Shown in pieces: positions 30,315-39,539 of a stretch of DNA of 64,000 nt (its first letter is position 1; each line of letters begins with the position of its first letter). The notes beneath the pieces were generated by a model, which saw nothing but the letters and a program-made list of their open reading frames with translations, searched no databases and had not been told where the DNA came from. Source of the DNA: a virus; the IMG/VR virus record IMGVR_UViG_3300047472_000231, positions 12,640-76,639 of that record. One strand, 5' to 3'. The position numbers were made by a program, and so were the translations under genes.

Positions 30315-30517
30315 CCCTGCTCGTCCTCCGGGTACGGCGGCTGCGCGGCCAGATCCGGGCCGCCGGCCGCCGACTGCTGTGCGGCTTGCTCGAGTTCCTT
30401 CACGCGCCGCTCCAGCACCTCGACCTGCGCCCGCAGGACGAGGGTCTCGTCGAACAGCTCGCCGCAGCGCTTCCGGTAGACGGGGAACGCGTCTTCCACG
30501 CTGATCTGCTGGCCCAT
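30311..30517 (-). CDS. Small coiled-coil hypothetical protein
   Basis: Last gene of the reverse operon. Confidence 0.5.
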   Translation of the reverse strand: MGQQISVEDAFPVYRKRCGELFDETLVLRAQVEVLERRVKELEQAAQQSAAGGPDLAAQPPYPEDEQG

Positions 30518-31029
30518 CACGCCACCGCTTTCTTCCTGCGGGCCCGCTTGCGGGGGCCGGTACGTGCTTCGTATTCCGCGTTCCGTCGCCGGGCGCACCG
30601 TCGGCACTCGCGTCCACCGTCTGGTCGGCGGTAGGTGTTCGCTGCGTCGTAGGGGTTGCCGCAGACGCCGCAATGCGTCTTTGCGGCGTTGACGTTCTGG
30701 CCGTGGGTGACGGCGTCGAGCATGTTCTGCGATCGGCTACCGAATGCGAGGTTGGCAGCTCTGCAGTCAGCCTTCACGCCATTGAGGTGACGGACGTCCA
30801 CGCCTTCGGAGCGGGGTCCTATGAAGGCCTCGGCGACCAGTTGGTGCACGGATCGGAGTCGACGCTTGCCGCCCGTGTAGATGTACAGGGTCATATAGCC
30901 GTGGGTGCCCTTGGAAGGCTTGAGGATCTGCGGCGTCTTGCGCAGCAGACTCCGAACGCGCCCTAGGCTGCTGACCTCGTAGCGCCCTTCGGCGCCAGTC
31001 ACGGACCGCCACTCTTCTGATTCGGTCAT
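30517..31029 (-). CDS. NUMOD4-HNH homing endonuclease
   Basis: EEWRSV...YEVSSLGRVRS; VHQLVAEAFIG...RHLNG...NL; KTHC. Confidence 0.85.
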   Translation of the reverse strand: MTESEEWRSVTGAEGRYEVSSLGRVRSLLRKTPQILKPSKGTHGYMTLYIYTGGKRRLRSVHQLVAEAFIGPRSEGVDVRHLNGVKADCRAANLAFGSRSQNMLDAVTHGQNVNAAKTHCGVCGNPYDAANTYRRPDGGRECRRCARRRNAEYEARTGPRKRARRKKAVA

Positions 31030-31904
31030 GCCGCCGCCCCCTGGTTGGGGATCTTCTCGGCGAGCGCCCGGTATCTGTCGAGGAGATCCGTCGCGTTCAG
31101 GAAGGGATGTTGAGGAAAAAAGGACCAATGGGACACAACGGCGTTGCCGCGGAGGATGTTGGGCCGTCCGGTCGCGAGCGGCTGGTGCACGGTGTGGAAT
31201 GACTCCTCCTCGTCGGGGACGAGGATCCCGGGGCCGTGGGGCAGGTCGGCGTACATGCTGCCCAGGCTTGCGAAACAGCTGACGGAGAACTGGGTTCCAG
31301 GCTGGAGCGGGAAGTCCTGGTACATGTAGAGCGACTCGACGGTCCCCGCCTCTATGTGGTCGAGGAGCAGCTCGTGCAGCTTCACGGCGAAGGGTCCGTT
31401 GGCCCAGCCGGTGGGGTCCATGCAGTAGGCGTTGACGGCGCCCCACTCCATGGGAACCTTCCCGCACAGCTGCAGGAAGTGGGAGCAGATCGCGTTGTTG
31501 ATGATGATCGGGAACACGGCGGTCGGCGCGGGCATCTCGATACGGGCGCGTACCAGGTTCTCGACGGCCGCCTCGTGCAGGTAGACGACATCGTCATCGA
31601 GCCGTAGGTAGATCGCGTCGGGGTCGGTCATCTCCCGGTAGGCGTAACCGGTGTTGCGCTGCTTCTGCCCGTGAATGAGCACCCCCTCCGGCCTGTGCTT
31701 GAGAACAAACCAGGGGTACTGCTCCGCCAGCTCGTGCGCGTAGGCGACGTCGTCTTCCTGGCCGGTCGGGTCGGTGTTCATGAACGCCCAGACCTCGTCG
31801 ACGAGGCCGCGGGCGACGTCCCGCTTCAGGTACTTGATCAAGATGCTGTACGTTCTGCGGCGCCCGTAGGGTGTCCAGGCGATCACGCGGCGGCCGTCAA
31901 TCAT
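31026..31904 (-). CDS. GT-A-fold glycosyltransferase-like protein
   Basis: TPYGRR N-terminus; YLRLDDDVVY DxD motif; in an operon with a GT and an epimerase. Confidence 0.65.
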   Translation of the reverse strand: MIDGRRVIAWTPYGRRRTYSILIKYLKRDVARGLVDEVWAFMNTDPTGQEDDVAYAHELAEQYPWFVLKHRPEGVLIHGQKQRNTGYAYREMTDPDAIYLRLDDDVVYLHEAAVENLVRARIEMPAPTAVFPIIINNAICSHFLQLCGKVPMEWGAVNAYCMDPTGWANGPFAVKLHELLLDHIEAGTVESLYMYQDFPLQPGTQFSVSCFASLGSMYADLPHGPGILVPDEEESFHTVHQPLATGRPNILRGNAVVSHWSFFPQHPFLNATDLLDRYRALAEKIPNQGAAA

Positions 31905-32917
31905 GCTGCTGTCCTCTCTGCTGCGGGCGCAGAGAGCGCCGCTTCCCACTGTCGGTTGATGGCCTGGAGGATCGATCCGGAGGCCTCTGCGCGGGCGGCC
32001 ATGCCCATCTGCTGCCGCAGCCCGGGATCGTCCACGAGGCGCTTCAGGTAGCGGCCCCACTCGTGCTCGCGCCGCACCAGGAACCCGTTCTCCCCGTGCC
32101 GGATCACCCGGCGGTACGGCTCTATGTCCGACGCAATCAACGGGATGCCGAGGATCGAGGACTCCAGCCACTTCGTCGGATACTTCGCCCGGTTGAACGG
32201 GATGTCCCGGTACGGCGCCACCCAGACGTCCCATTCGCCGACCGCCTGCATGTAGTGCTCGTGCCGCTCCACCCACCCCAACGCCCCGATCTGCCAGCCG
32301 CGGAGCCCGAGCGCCATGGCGTGCTCGGGAGTGATACCGACGATGCGGACCTGCACGCCGCCGGGCCGCCGGTACTGCGAGATCCGGTTCAGCGCCCGGA
32401 CCGCCTCCGGGAGTTCGGCGACCGTGGACGACGTGCCGGCCCAGCCAACCGACAGCGGCCGGCCCTTCGCCTGATAGTCGCGGGGCGTCCCCAGGTACTG
32501 CGCCGGCAGCCCATTGGGGACGACTCGGACGTCGGCCGCATAGTCGCGGAGGACGGCGGCCAGCGGCTCTGAGCAGCAGGTGACGAGGTCGGCGAGCTGC
32601 ATGTTGTCGGCGAGGCGTTGCAGCATCGCCTTGTCCCAGGTGCGGACGGCGGCCTGGTTGACGGGGTCGAGGTGGAAGTAGTCGTCGTCGAGATCGAGGA
32701 CGAGCCGCTTCCCCTGCTCTTTCAGCCGCTGCCACATCATGGTCGGCTCTGGTTTGGCGACGCGGCAGCCAACGACCGTGTCCAGGGCGGGCCAGTCCTT
32801 CGGGAGCCGCATCCCGCCAGATACGGCGTGCCCGAGCCATTGCAGGCTCATGCCGGGCAGGATCGCCCTATACAGGGCGGAACCTGCCTCGTCGGCCGAC
32901 CAGAAGTGAACGCGCAC
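31901..32917 (-). CDS. GT-B-fold (GT4-like) glycosyltransferase
   Basis: LDLDDD; PFNRAKYPTKWLESSILGIPLIASD; HGENGFLV...LRQQMGMAAR. Confidence 0.85.
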   Translation of the reverse strand: MRVHFWSADEAGSALYRAILPGMSLQWLGHAVSGGMRLPKDWPALDTVVGCRVAKPEPTMMWQRLKEQGKRLVLDLDDDYFHLDPVNQAAVRTWDKAMLQRLADNMQLADLVTCCSEPLAAVLRDYAADVRVVPNGLPAQYLGTPRDYQAKGRPLSVGWAGTSSTVAELPEAVRALNRISQYRRPGGVQVRIVGITPEHAMALGLRGWQIGALGWVERHEHYMQAVGEWDVWVAPYRDIPFNRAKYPTKWLESSILGIPLIASDIEPYRRVIRHGENGFLVRREHEWGRYLKRLVDDPGLRQQMGMAARAEASGSILQAINRQWEAALSAPAAERTAA

Positions 32918-32918
32918 G

Positions 32919-33245
32919 TCAGGCCACACCGCTTCGCAGCTGAGCCTGAGCCTTCCGGATCTCGTCCTTGACCTGCTCGCGGAACTTCTCGAAGTCGCCT
33001 TCGATCTGGACGTGAAGCGGGTAGCTGTCGGGACCGGTCGGCACCTCGTTGGCGGGGATCTCAACTTCCTCGTCGAAGACGAGGATGGTTCGAGCTCCGA
33101 GCTCGTCCCTCAAGTGGGGTGGATCGCGCAGGAAGTCCAGCATGCTTTCTGGATTCTGGACCTTGTCGATGACCAGGACGAACGGCGTGACCATGTCGTC
33201 GCCGTGGTGCTCGGTCGGAAGTTCGAGGATCTGCAGACGCGCCAT
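32919..33245 (-). CDS. Hypothetical protein
   Basis: MARLQILELP; coupled within the operon. Confidence 0.55.
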   Translation of the reverse strand: MARLQILELPTEHHGDDMVTPFVLVIDKVQNPESMLDFLRDPPHLRDELGARTILVFDEEVEIPANEVPTGPDSYPLHVQIEGDFEKFREQVKDEIRKAQAQLRSGVA

Positions 33246-34216
33246 CAGACCGTCACCGCCTGCGAATCGACCAGATACCCGGGGAGCCACTGTTCGGCGT
33301 AGTAGCGGACGGTGTGGTGGATGCCTTCGTCGAGGGGCACGAAGTCGGCGGCCGTCATCCCGATCTGCTGGAGCGTCGTCGTGTCGGAGGAGACGACGGC
33401 GTTGGGGACTTCGCCGGGCCGCATCGGCAGGTGCTTGATGGCGACGGGCTCGCGACCCGTGTACCGGGTGGCTTCTTCGGCGACGAGGCGGGCGATGTCG
33501 TTGACGGTGAGGGACTCCAGCGGCCCGACCTCGACCGGCTTCTCGGTGGGCCCGTGGGCGGCGGTGTGCTCGAGCGCGGTGACGAACGCGCGGGCGACGT
33601 CGGCGACGTACACGCAGTCGGAGATCTGGGTGCCGTCTCCGTACACCTCGATTGGGGCGCCGGTCAGGGCGCGGCACGACAGCGAAGGCATGATCTTCCG
33701 AACCTTGCTGGTGCCGTAGGGGGCGGCGATCGACTGCCCCGGCCCGTAGGCGTTGACGGGGCGGACGATGGTGATCCGGCCGCCGTCCCGGTAGAGGTTG
33801 TACATGCGGGCCAGGTCCTCGGCCGCGCTCTTGGTGATCGTGTAGCAGCCGGTTCCCTGGAGCCGCATGAAGTGGTTGCCCACCCCTGCATAGGCGACCG
33901 GTAGCCCGTACTGCGTGGCGGCCTCGAAGACGTTCAGCGAGCCGAGGATGTTCGTCTCCGCCGACGGGCGCGGGTTGCTGATCGTCTCCTGCGTGCCGAG
34001 GACGGCCGCGAGGTGGATGATCCCCTCGCAGTGCGCGGCGGCCTCCGTCACGGCGGTGGCGTCGCGGACGTCGCCGAGGAAGAACTCCTCGCCGGGCGCG
34101 AGCTGCTGGCGGCGGTCCTGGTGGTCCATGACGAGCACCGTGTGGCCGCGCGCGAGGAGTTCCTTGCGGATCCATGAAGCGATGAAGCCGGAGCCCCCAG
34201 TGACGAGTGTCTTCAT
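33245..34216 (-). CDS. NAD-dependent nucleotide-sugar epimerase/dehydratase (extended SDR)
   Basis: LVTGGSGFIA, IHLAA, YTITK (YxxxK), NAYGPG, GDGTQISDCVYVADV. Confidence 0.9.
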   Translation of the reverse strand: MKTLVTGGSGFIASWIRKELLARGHTVLVMDHQDRRQQLAPGEEFFLGDVRDATAVTEAAAHCEGIIHLAAVLGTQETISNPRPSAETNILGSLNVFEAATQYGLPVAYAGVGNHFMRLQGTGCYTITKSAAEDLARMYNLYRDGGRITIVRPVNAYGPGQSIAAPYGTSKVRKIMPSLSCRALTGAPIEVYGDGTQISDCVYVADVARAFVTALEHTAAHGPTEKPVEVGPLESLTVNDIARLVAEEATRYTGREPVAIKHLPMRPGEVPNAVVSSDTTTLQQIGMTAADFVPLDEGIHHTVRYYAEQWLPGYLVDSQAVTV

Positions 34217-34641
34217 GCCTGCTGCTCCTTGCTGGTGATGTCGCTGTCGAGGGCTTCGATGAGTTCGCCGGTCGGGCAGGGCCAGAGCACCCCGCAGCTG
34301 GGACAGACGTTGTCGGACTCCATCCGCCCGCCGCCCGCCGTGTCGAAGCTGCCGTGACCTTCGTGGTGCAGGTCGCGGAACTGTTGGACGTAGCGCTGGA
34401 GGCGGACGATCTCGCGGACGTAGTCGAGGTTCGTGTGGGTGGTGGCGAGGTGCTCGCAAACGGCGGCCTCAACGCGTCCGACCCGCTCGGTCATGGCGTG
34501 TTCGACTAGGGCCGCGATCCCGGCTTGGATGCCGTCTTCGATGCGGACGGTGGGCCAGGTGGTGGGGAGTTGTCCGTCGGGTTCGTCGTGGTGCCAGCCG
34601 CAGTCGGGCATGGGGCACAGGTAACGGGTGCCGCTGGTCAC
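34213..34641 (-). CDS. Cys-containing hypothetical protein
   Basis: CPMPDC, CPSC...WPCPT; coupled. Confidence 0.5.
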   Translation of the reverse strand: MTSGTRYLCPMPDCGWHHDEPDGQLPTTWPTVRIEDGIQAGIAALVEHAMTERVGRVEAAVCEHLATTHTNLDYVREIVRLQRYVQQFRDLHHEGHGSFDTAGGGRMESDNVCPSCGVLWPCPTGELIEALDSDITSKEQQA

Positions 34642-34786
34642 GGCGTCTCCTTGCCCTTGTCGCAGGTGCAGGTCTTGCAGTGCGCGGCTGCCTGGTGTTT
34701 GGCCTTGGCAACGTCACGGGCGGCCACGATTGCCGAGTTGATGAGCAGAGTGGCGGCGATGATCGCTGTGATGGCGATGGCGGTGG

Positions 34787-35320
34787 TCACGACACCTCCC
34801 CTTCGAGCGCCTTGAGGGTGGCGCAGTGGGCGTAGCCGACTGGCGAGTTGTCGGTGCTGGAACCATCGAAAGCGGAGCACTCGGCGCAGATGGTGCCCCG
34901 GTCGCGGAATTCGACTGGCCGATGCAGCTGGCGCACGCGCTCGATCGCGGCTTCAGCGCGGGTCAGGCGGGTCGCGGCAGTTGGCGGCGCGGCAGGCTCC
35001 AACCCTCGCCACTTCGCTCGATGAAGCCATCCGCGAACCGTAGAGACGGGGACACCGCGCCTTTCGGCGATGACTCCTGCTGCGTTCCTCACACCCTCTC
35101 TACGGAGGGCGTCACATTCATGCACCACGGATACAAGGTTCAGCAGTGCGTTGAAACTGCGGGCTTGGCCAGCACCCGCTTCTGGGTTGAGGTCGGGGCG
35201 CAGTCTGCGAACGACGTCTTCGGGCGATTCGGTCCGCTCGCGCGGGCACCGGATCGGCGTACCCCAGCCGTCGGTGTGGACTTCGCCGCCGCACTCCGGG
35301 CGCGGGCAGGGGGCGCTCAT
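34787..35320 (-). CDS. Hypothetical protein with an HTH-like segment
   Basis: IAERRGVPVSTVRGWL; Cys pairs. Confidence 0.5.
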   Translation of the reverse strand: MSAPCPRPECGGEVHTDGWGTPIRCPRERTESPEDVVRRLRPDLNPEAGAGQARSFNALLNLVSVVHECDALRREGVRNAAGVIAERRGVPVSTVRGWLHRAKWRGLEPAAPPTAATRLTRAEAAIERVRQLHRPVEFRDRGTICAECSAFDGSSTDNSPVGYAHCATLKALEGEVS

Positions 35321-35542
35321 CGCGAACTCCGGGCGGCAGATGTGTAGTCGACGCGCATCTCGGCGGGCTGCGCGAGCGCGACGAACGCGAAGAGGACAGC
35401 TAGCGCTGTGGTGATAGCGGTCATGACGCTCCTGTGCGGGTGCGTGTGCGGGTTGGCGCGGGATTTGAGCGGCAGGGGTGCAGACCCGCACGGCCACACC
35501 CCTGCCACAGGCCCTCTGAGCAAAGAACCCACTCACACGATA

Positions 35543-35589
35543 CCTGCGATTCGTAGGTGAATGGCGGGTCTAGGACTACGATTCCAAGG
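35543..35589. promoter_or_regulatory. Late-gene palindrome(s) in the divergent glycosylation/lysis intergenic region
   Basis: CCTGCGATTCGTAGG at 35543-35557; degenerate ACTACGATTCCAAGG at 35575-35589. Confidence 0.6.
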
Positions 35590-35615
35590 TAAAGGCTCGT
35601 CGTGAGGAGACCCGC

Positions 35616-36428
35616 ATGGCCACACAGCACAGACAGCTCGGCCGCCACGTCGAACACGACCCCCGCAGCCTCCAGTTCGCCCACGGCGTCCTACCGAAGA
35701 CCGCCATCAAGACGGTCGACTGGACCCGCAGGGCGCCGATCTTCGACCAAGGCCAACTCGGCAGCTGCACCGGAAACGCTGCGGCCGGACTCCTCGGGAC
35801 CGACAGCGCAGCCCGCACCGGCCTCACCTCGGCGACGATCGGCGACAGCGTCGTCCCCGTCGACGAAAACCTCGCGGTGAAGGTGTACGAGCTGGCCACG
35901 CAACTGGACGGCATCAAGGGCACCTACCCGCCCGACGACACTGGTTCGTCCGGCATAGGCGCGGCGAAGGCCCTGAAGAAACTCGGCCTCGCCGTCTCCT
36001 ATACGCACGCGTTCAGCCTCGACGCCCTCAAGTCCGCCCTACAGACAGGCCCGGTCATGGTCGGCACGGTCTGGCTGGAGTCGATGTTCGACCCCGACCC
36101 GACAACCGGGTTCGTGAAGGTCGACCGCAAGAGCCAGGTCGCCGGCGGCCACGAGTACGTGCTCTCCGCCTACGACGCCACCCGGCAGGCGTTCCGCATC
36201 GACAACAGCTGGGGCGACTCCTGGGGTGTACGCGGGTCCGCCTGGTTCCAGGAGTCGGACGTCCAGTGGCTCCTCTCCCAGCAAGGCGACGTCACCGTCC
36301 CCGCCTGGGTCACCGCACCGGCACCCACCCCTCCTCCATCGCCCGCTCCTGCTCCGGATCCTCGACTGGTTGAGGTCGTGGCTCTGATGCAGGCGTGGGC
36401 GCGCGACAACCACGTGACGGGAGCCTGA
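35616..36428 (+). CDS. Papain-like (C1) cysteine peptidase
   Basis: DQGQLGSCTGNA (Q/C), GGHEY (H), DNSWGDSWG (N). Confidence 0.85.
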   Translation: MATQHRQLGRHVEHDPRSLQFAHGVLPKTAIKTVDWTRRAPIFDQGQLGSCTGNAAAGLLGTDSAARTGLTSATIGDSVVPVDENLAVKVYELATQLDGIKGTYPPDDTGSSGIGAAKALKKLGLAVSYTHAFSLDALKSALQTGPVMVGTVWLESMFDPDPTTGFVKVDRKSQVAGGHEYVLSAYDATRQAFRIDNSWGDSWGVRGSAWFQESDVQWLLSQQGDVTVPAWVTAPAPTPPPSPAPAPDPRLVEVVALMQAWARDNHVTGA

Positions 36429-36430
36429 CC

Positions 36431-37327
36431 ATGCCTGAGCTCTGGATGCCGGGCGCGACCCGGCTCGATATAGGCGACCACGCCGCAACCGACGGCGGCC
36501 CCGCGAAAGCGATCGCGCACATCACGTGGGACAAGAACGCGACCGCCGCGAAGCCGATCGACCTGGTGCCCTACGAGAACCTGCGCGCCTACTTCTCCGA
36601 GGGCGGCAAGACCGTCGCCCCGCACATTCTCTGGGACCCGTTCGGCGGCAGGTTCACGCAGTTCGTGCCCGCCAACTCCCGCTCGAAGAGCCTGGTCGAC
36701 CTGGCCGGCGGAACCCGGACCAACCGGGCGGGCTCCGTCGTCATCCAGATCGAGGCGCTCTTCTTCCCCTACTGCCGCGTCGGGAAGGCCGTGTACCCGA
36801 GGCTCGCGGACACCCCGTGCAAGGGCTGGGACGAGCTGCACGCCTGGGTGAAGAGCTGGGGCGTGCCGGACGCGTGGCCCAACGGCAGGCCGGAGAACTG
36901 CACGCGCGACGAGCACACGTGGGAGACCAAGGCGGGCTACTACCCGCACAAGGGCACCCCCGAGAACACGCACGACGACCCGCTGACCTGGCCCGCGTTC
37001 CCGACCGTTGCGCCGCCCGTAACGCCTCCCGCCGCCAAGCCCAAGGTCTCGCTGGCGCACGTCATCTACGCCGCCCGCCACGACCCGGCCGCAGCGCAGG
37101 GCCACACCACCTACCGGGCCGAAGTCCTCCTCGTCGAGAAGGCGCTGCACGCCGAGGGCCTCCTGGCGACGCAGTACGTCGACGGCAGTTTCGGCACGAG
37201 GACCATCTCGGCCTACGCCGCCCTCCAGCGCCGCTACGGCTACTCCGGAGCTGCCGCCGACGGCATCCCCGGCAAGGCCTCCCTGTCGAAGCTCGGCAAC
37301 GCCCACGGCTTCATCGTCACCGACTGA
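36431..37327 (+). CDS. Endolysin: amidase-like domain plus peptidoglycan-binding domain
   Basis: AHITWD...HKGTPENTHDDP; VDGSFGTRT, ADGIPGKASL. Confidence 0.8.
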   Translation: MPELWMPGATRLDIGDHAATDGGPAKAIAHITWDKNATAAKPIDLVPYENLRAYFSEGGKTVAPHILWDPFGGRFTQFVPANSRSKSLVDLAGGTRTNRAGSVVIQIEALFFPYCRVGKAVYPRLADTPCKGWDELHAWVKSWGVPDAWPNGRPENCTRDEHTWETKAGYYPHKGTPENTHDDPLTWPAFPTVAPPVTPPAAKPKVSLAHVIYAARHDPAAAQGHTTYRAEVLLVEKALHAEGLLATQYVDGSFGTRTISAYAALQRRYGYSGAAADGIPGKASLSKLGNAHGFIVTD

Positions 37328-37347
37328 CCCAACCCCGAAGGAACGCC

Positions 37348-37677
37348 ATGACCGTCAACCTCGACTCGGCCTACTGGCTGGGCCTCGTCATATCCGTCGT
37401 CCTGCCCGTCCTCGTCGGCCTCGTCACCACCCGCGTCACCTCGCCTGGCGTCAAGTCGGTGCTCCTGCTCGCGCTCAGCACTGCGAACGGCTTCCTGGTC
37501 GAGCTCGCTGGTCCGCATGACGCCGGGTACAGCGTGCAGACCGCGGCGGTGCTCTCCCTCGTCTCCTTCGCGGTCGGCGTGCTCTCGCACTTCGGCCTGC
37601 TCAAGCCGACCGGGATCAGCGGCAAGGCGCAGGACAGCCTCGTCACCGCCCGCCCGCGCACCACTCAGGGCGTCTGA
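37348..37677 (+). CDS. Holin
   Basis: Three hydrophobic segments; follows the endolysin. Confidence 0.75.
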   Translation: MTVNLDSAYWLGLVISVVLPVLVGLVTTRVTSPGVKSVLLLALSTANGFLVELAGPHDAGYSVQTAAVLSLVSFAVGVLSHFGLLKPTGISGKAQDSLVTARPRTTQGV

Positions 37678-37692
37678 ACGTAGGAGCTCCAC

Positions 37693-38040
37693 GTGGCCGA
37701 CGAGCCGACACTCGGCGAGGTCGCCAGACGCCTCGAGGCCATCCATGCCGACCTCAAAGAGGATCTCCGGGAGTACGGGGCCCGGCTCGACAAGAAGGTC
37801 AGCGTCGAGCGGTACGAGCTCGAGCGGCGTGCCGCCGACGAAGTGCACCGGCAAGTGATCGAGCGGGTCGCAGCCATCGAAGCGGGCCGCCTCCAAGAGC
37901 AGCGAGAAGCCGAAGCGGACCGGCGGAAACGGCAGGACGAGCGGCGCTCCGACAGGAGGCTCGTGTTCTCCTGCCTCGCAGCGCCGGTCCTCCTCCTGCT
38001 ACTGCAGGCGTATTTGGCGGCGAGAGGAGCAGGTTCGTGA
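37693..38040 (+). CDS. Lysis-cassette membrane protein (coiled coil plus C-terminal TM)
   Basis: EPTLGEVARRL; C-terminal TM. Confidence 0.6.
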   Translation: MADEPTLGEVARRLEAIHADLKEDLREYGARLDKKVSVERYELERRAADEVHRQVIERVAAIEAGRLQEQREAEADRRKRQDERRSDRRLVFSCLAAPVLLLLLQAYLAARGAGS

Positions 38041-38642
38041 AGGGCCACCGGAGTCGAGAACAGATACAGCACCGCCGGGACATCACCTACGGCGTACTCG
38101 TCCTGGCCGGGGTCGTCCTGTTCACGCTGCTCGTTCTCTGGCTGCAGGAACTCAACCACAACCTGCGGACCGCCAACGACGCCCGCGACGCGTTGGCGCG
38201 GCAGGTGCAGCAGCTGGGGCACAAGCCGGTGGGCGGACCGCCAGGCAGCCGAGGCGAGCCGGGCAAGAGCATCGTCGGCCCCCAGGGACCGAAAGGCGAC
38301 ACCGGCGAGCCCGGACCCGTCGGCCCGATCGGACCCTCCGGCGCGCCAGGAAAGAACGGCATCAACGGCAGCAACGGCGTCGGAACGCCCGGAATCGCAG
38401 GCGCCAACGGAGCCGCCGGCCAGCAAGGAGCCCGCGGCGAAACCGGAGCCACCGGACCGCAAGGCCCACAAGGCGACACCGGGCCGGCAGGACCGCAAGG
38501 CGACAAGGGCGAGAAGGGCGATCCCGGGCCGGCATGCCCCGACGGCTACAGTCTCCAGACGCCCGCCTACGACCCGGACGCCCTCGTCTGCCGCAAGGAC
38601 GGCGCACCGCAGCCCTCAGAGAAGAAGGGCCTACTCGGCTAG
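38037..38642 (+). CDS. Membrane-anchored collagen-like (Gly-X-Y) protein
   Basis: N-terminal TM, long GXY run, CPDGY...LVC. Confidence 0.75.
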   Translation: MKGHRSREQIQHRRDITYGVLVLAGVVLFTLLVLWLQELNHNLRTANDARDALARQVQQLGHKPVGGPPGSRGEPGKSIVGPQGPKGDTGEPGPVGPIGPSGAPGKNGINGSNGVGTPGIAGANGAAGQQGARGETGATGPQGPQGDTGPAGPQGDKGEKGDPGPACPDGYSLQTPAYDPDALVCRKDGAPQPSEKKGLLG

Positions 38643-38797
38643 GAGCCGCCATGGACGAAGACCCTCCGCCGTTCTGGCTGTCGCCGCGGCCGTTCCTCGA
38701 ACCCGACCTGCCGCCCCCGCCCGACGACGAGACCGAGTGACGACGCCCCTGCAGCTTCGGCTGTGGGGGCGCTTCTCCTTGCCCGGTCGCAGCGGGA

Positions 38798-38826
38798 CTA
38801 GCGCATAACGTTCCCTTATGCGCTAG
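38798..38826. other. dif-like tyrosine-recombinase core site (11-7-11 perfect inverted repeat)
   Basis: CTAGCGCATAA-CGTTCCC-TTATGCGCTAG, overlapping the TAGAAT -10 of the operon encoding the second recombinase. Confidence 0.65.
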
Positions 38827-38835
38827 AATTTGACT

Positions 38836-39267
38836 ATGCCTCAGCCCCTTGGAGACGCCGCCAAGCAGGCGTCAGATGTAGCTCCGGTCGAGTTCCTGTA
38901 CGGCATCGAGGCCGAACACGGATCCGGACCCGACTGGGTACCGACGCGCGTCGTGAAGTTCCGCGTTACCAAGAAGACCGCACGTCGCATCTACTACCTC
39001 CCGCGAGAGTGGCGAGACGAGCAGCGCTTCGTGGACAGGCTCACGCTGGAGCGAGATGGCCAGGTCACCCGGAAGTCCGGCGGATGGTGGGAGTCCGACC
39101 TCACGGTGTACCTCGACCCGCCCGTCATTGAGCAGACGCAGAGCCCCGACCTGATTGAGCTGAAGGCGGCCATGGCCGCAGCGCATCCCGACCGAGGCGG
39201 AACTGATGAGGCGTTCATCGCTGCGCGCCAACGGTACGACCGCGCGCGAACGGCGTTGAGCGCGTGA
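38836..39267 (+). CDS. Protein with a C-terminal minimal J-domain
   Basis: AAHPDRGGTDEAF...ARQRYD; leaderless start 6 nt after TAGAAT. Confidence 0.65.
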   Translation: MPQPLGDAAKQASDVAPVEFLYGIEAEHGSGPDWVPTRVVKFRVTKKTARRIYYLPREWRDEQRFVDRLTLERDGQVTRKSGGWWESDLTVYLDPPVIEQTQSPDLIELKAAMAAAHPDRGGTDEAFIAARQRYDRARTALSA

Positions 39268-39539
39268 CCGAGCCCTACGACCCGCTGCCAGATCTCATCG
39301 ACCGCGCCGAGAAGCGCCCCGACGGCATAGGGCAACTCAAGGACCTCGCCCGACTCGCTCTCCACTGGCACCGGGCTGAACTCGGCTGGGCGACCGACGG
39401 TGTCACGAAGGACCCAGAGACCGGAGAGCTGATGTACACGCTGTCCACTGGCTGCGCCTGCGGGTCTGGAGAGTTCCCCTGCCGCGCACGACGCCAGATC
39501 ACGGCCATCTTCGGCGTGGAAGAGAAGGAACGCCGGTGA
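39264..39539 (+). CDS. Hypothetical protein
   Basis: Coupled GTGA overlaps on both sides. Confidence 0.55.
   Translation: MTEPYDPLPDLIDRAEKRPDGIGQLKDLARLALHWHRAELGWATDGVTKDPETGELMYTLSTGCACGSGEFPCRARRQITAIFGVEEKERR

Noticed and set aside
31026-34216. DNA hypermodification (glucosyl-hmC type) pathway
   Set aside because: No hydroxymethylase, TET/JBP or DNA polymerase gene in the window to supply an acceptor base; not excluded outside the window
38230-38535. Tandem DNA repeat element
   Set aside because: Explained by Gly-X-Y collagen coding
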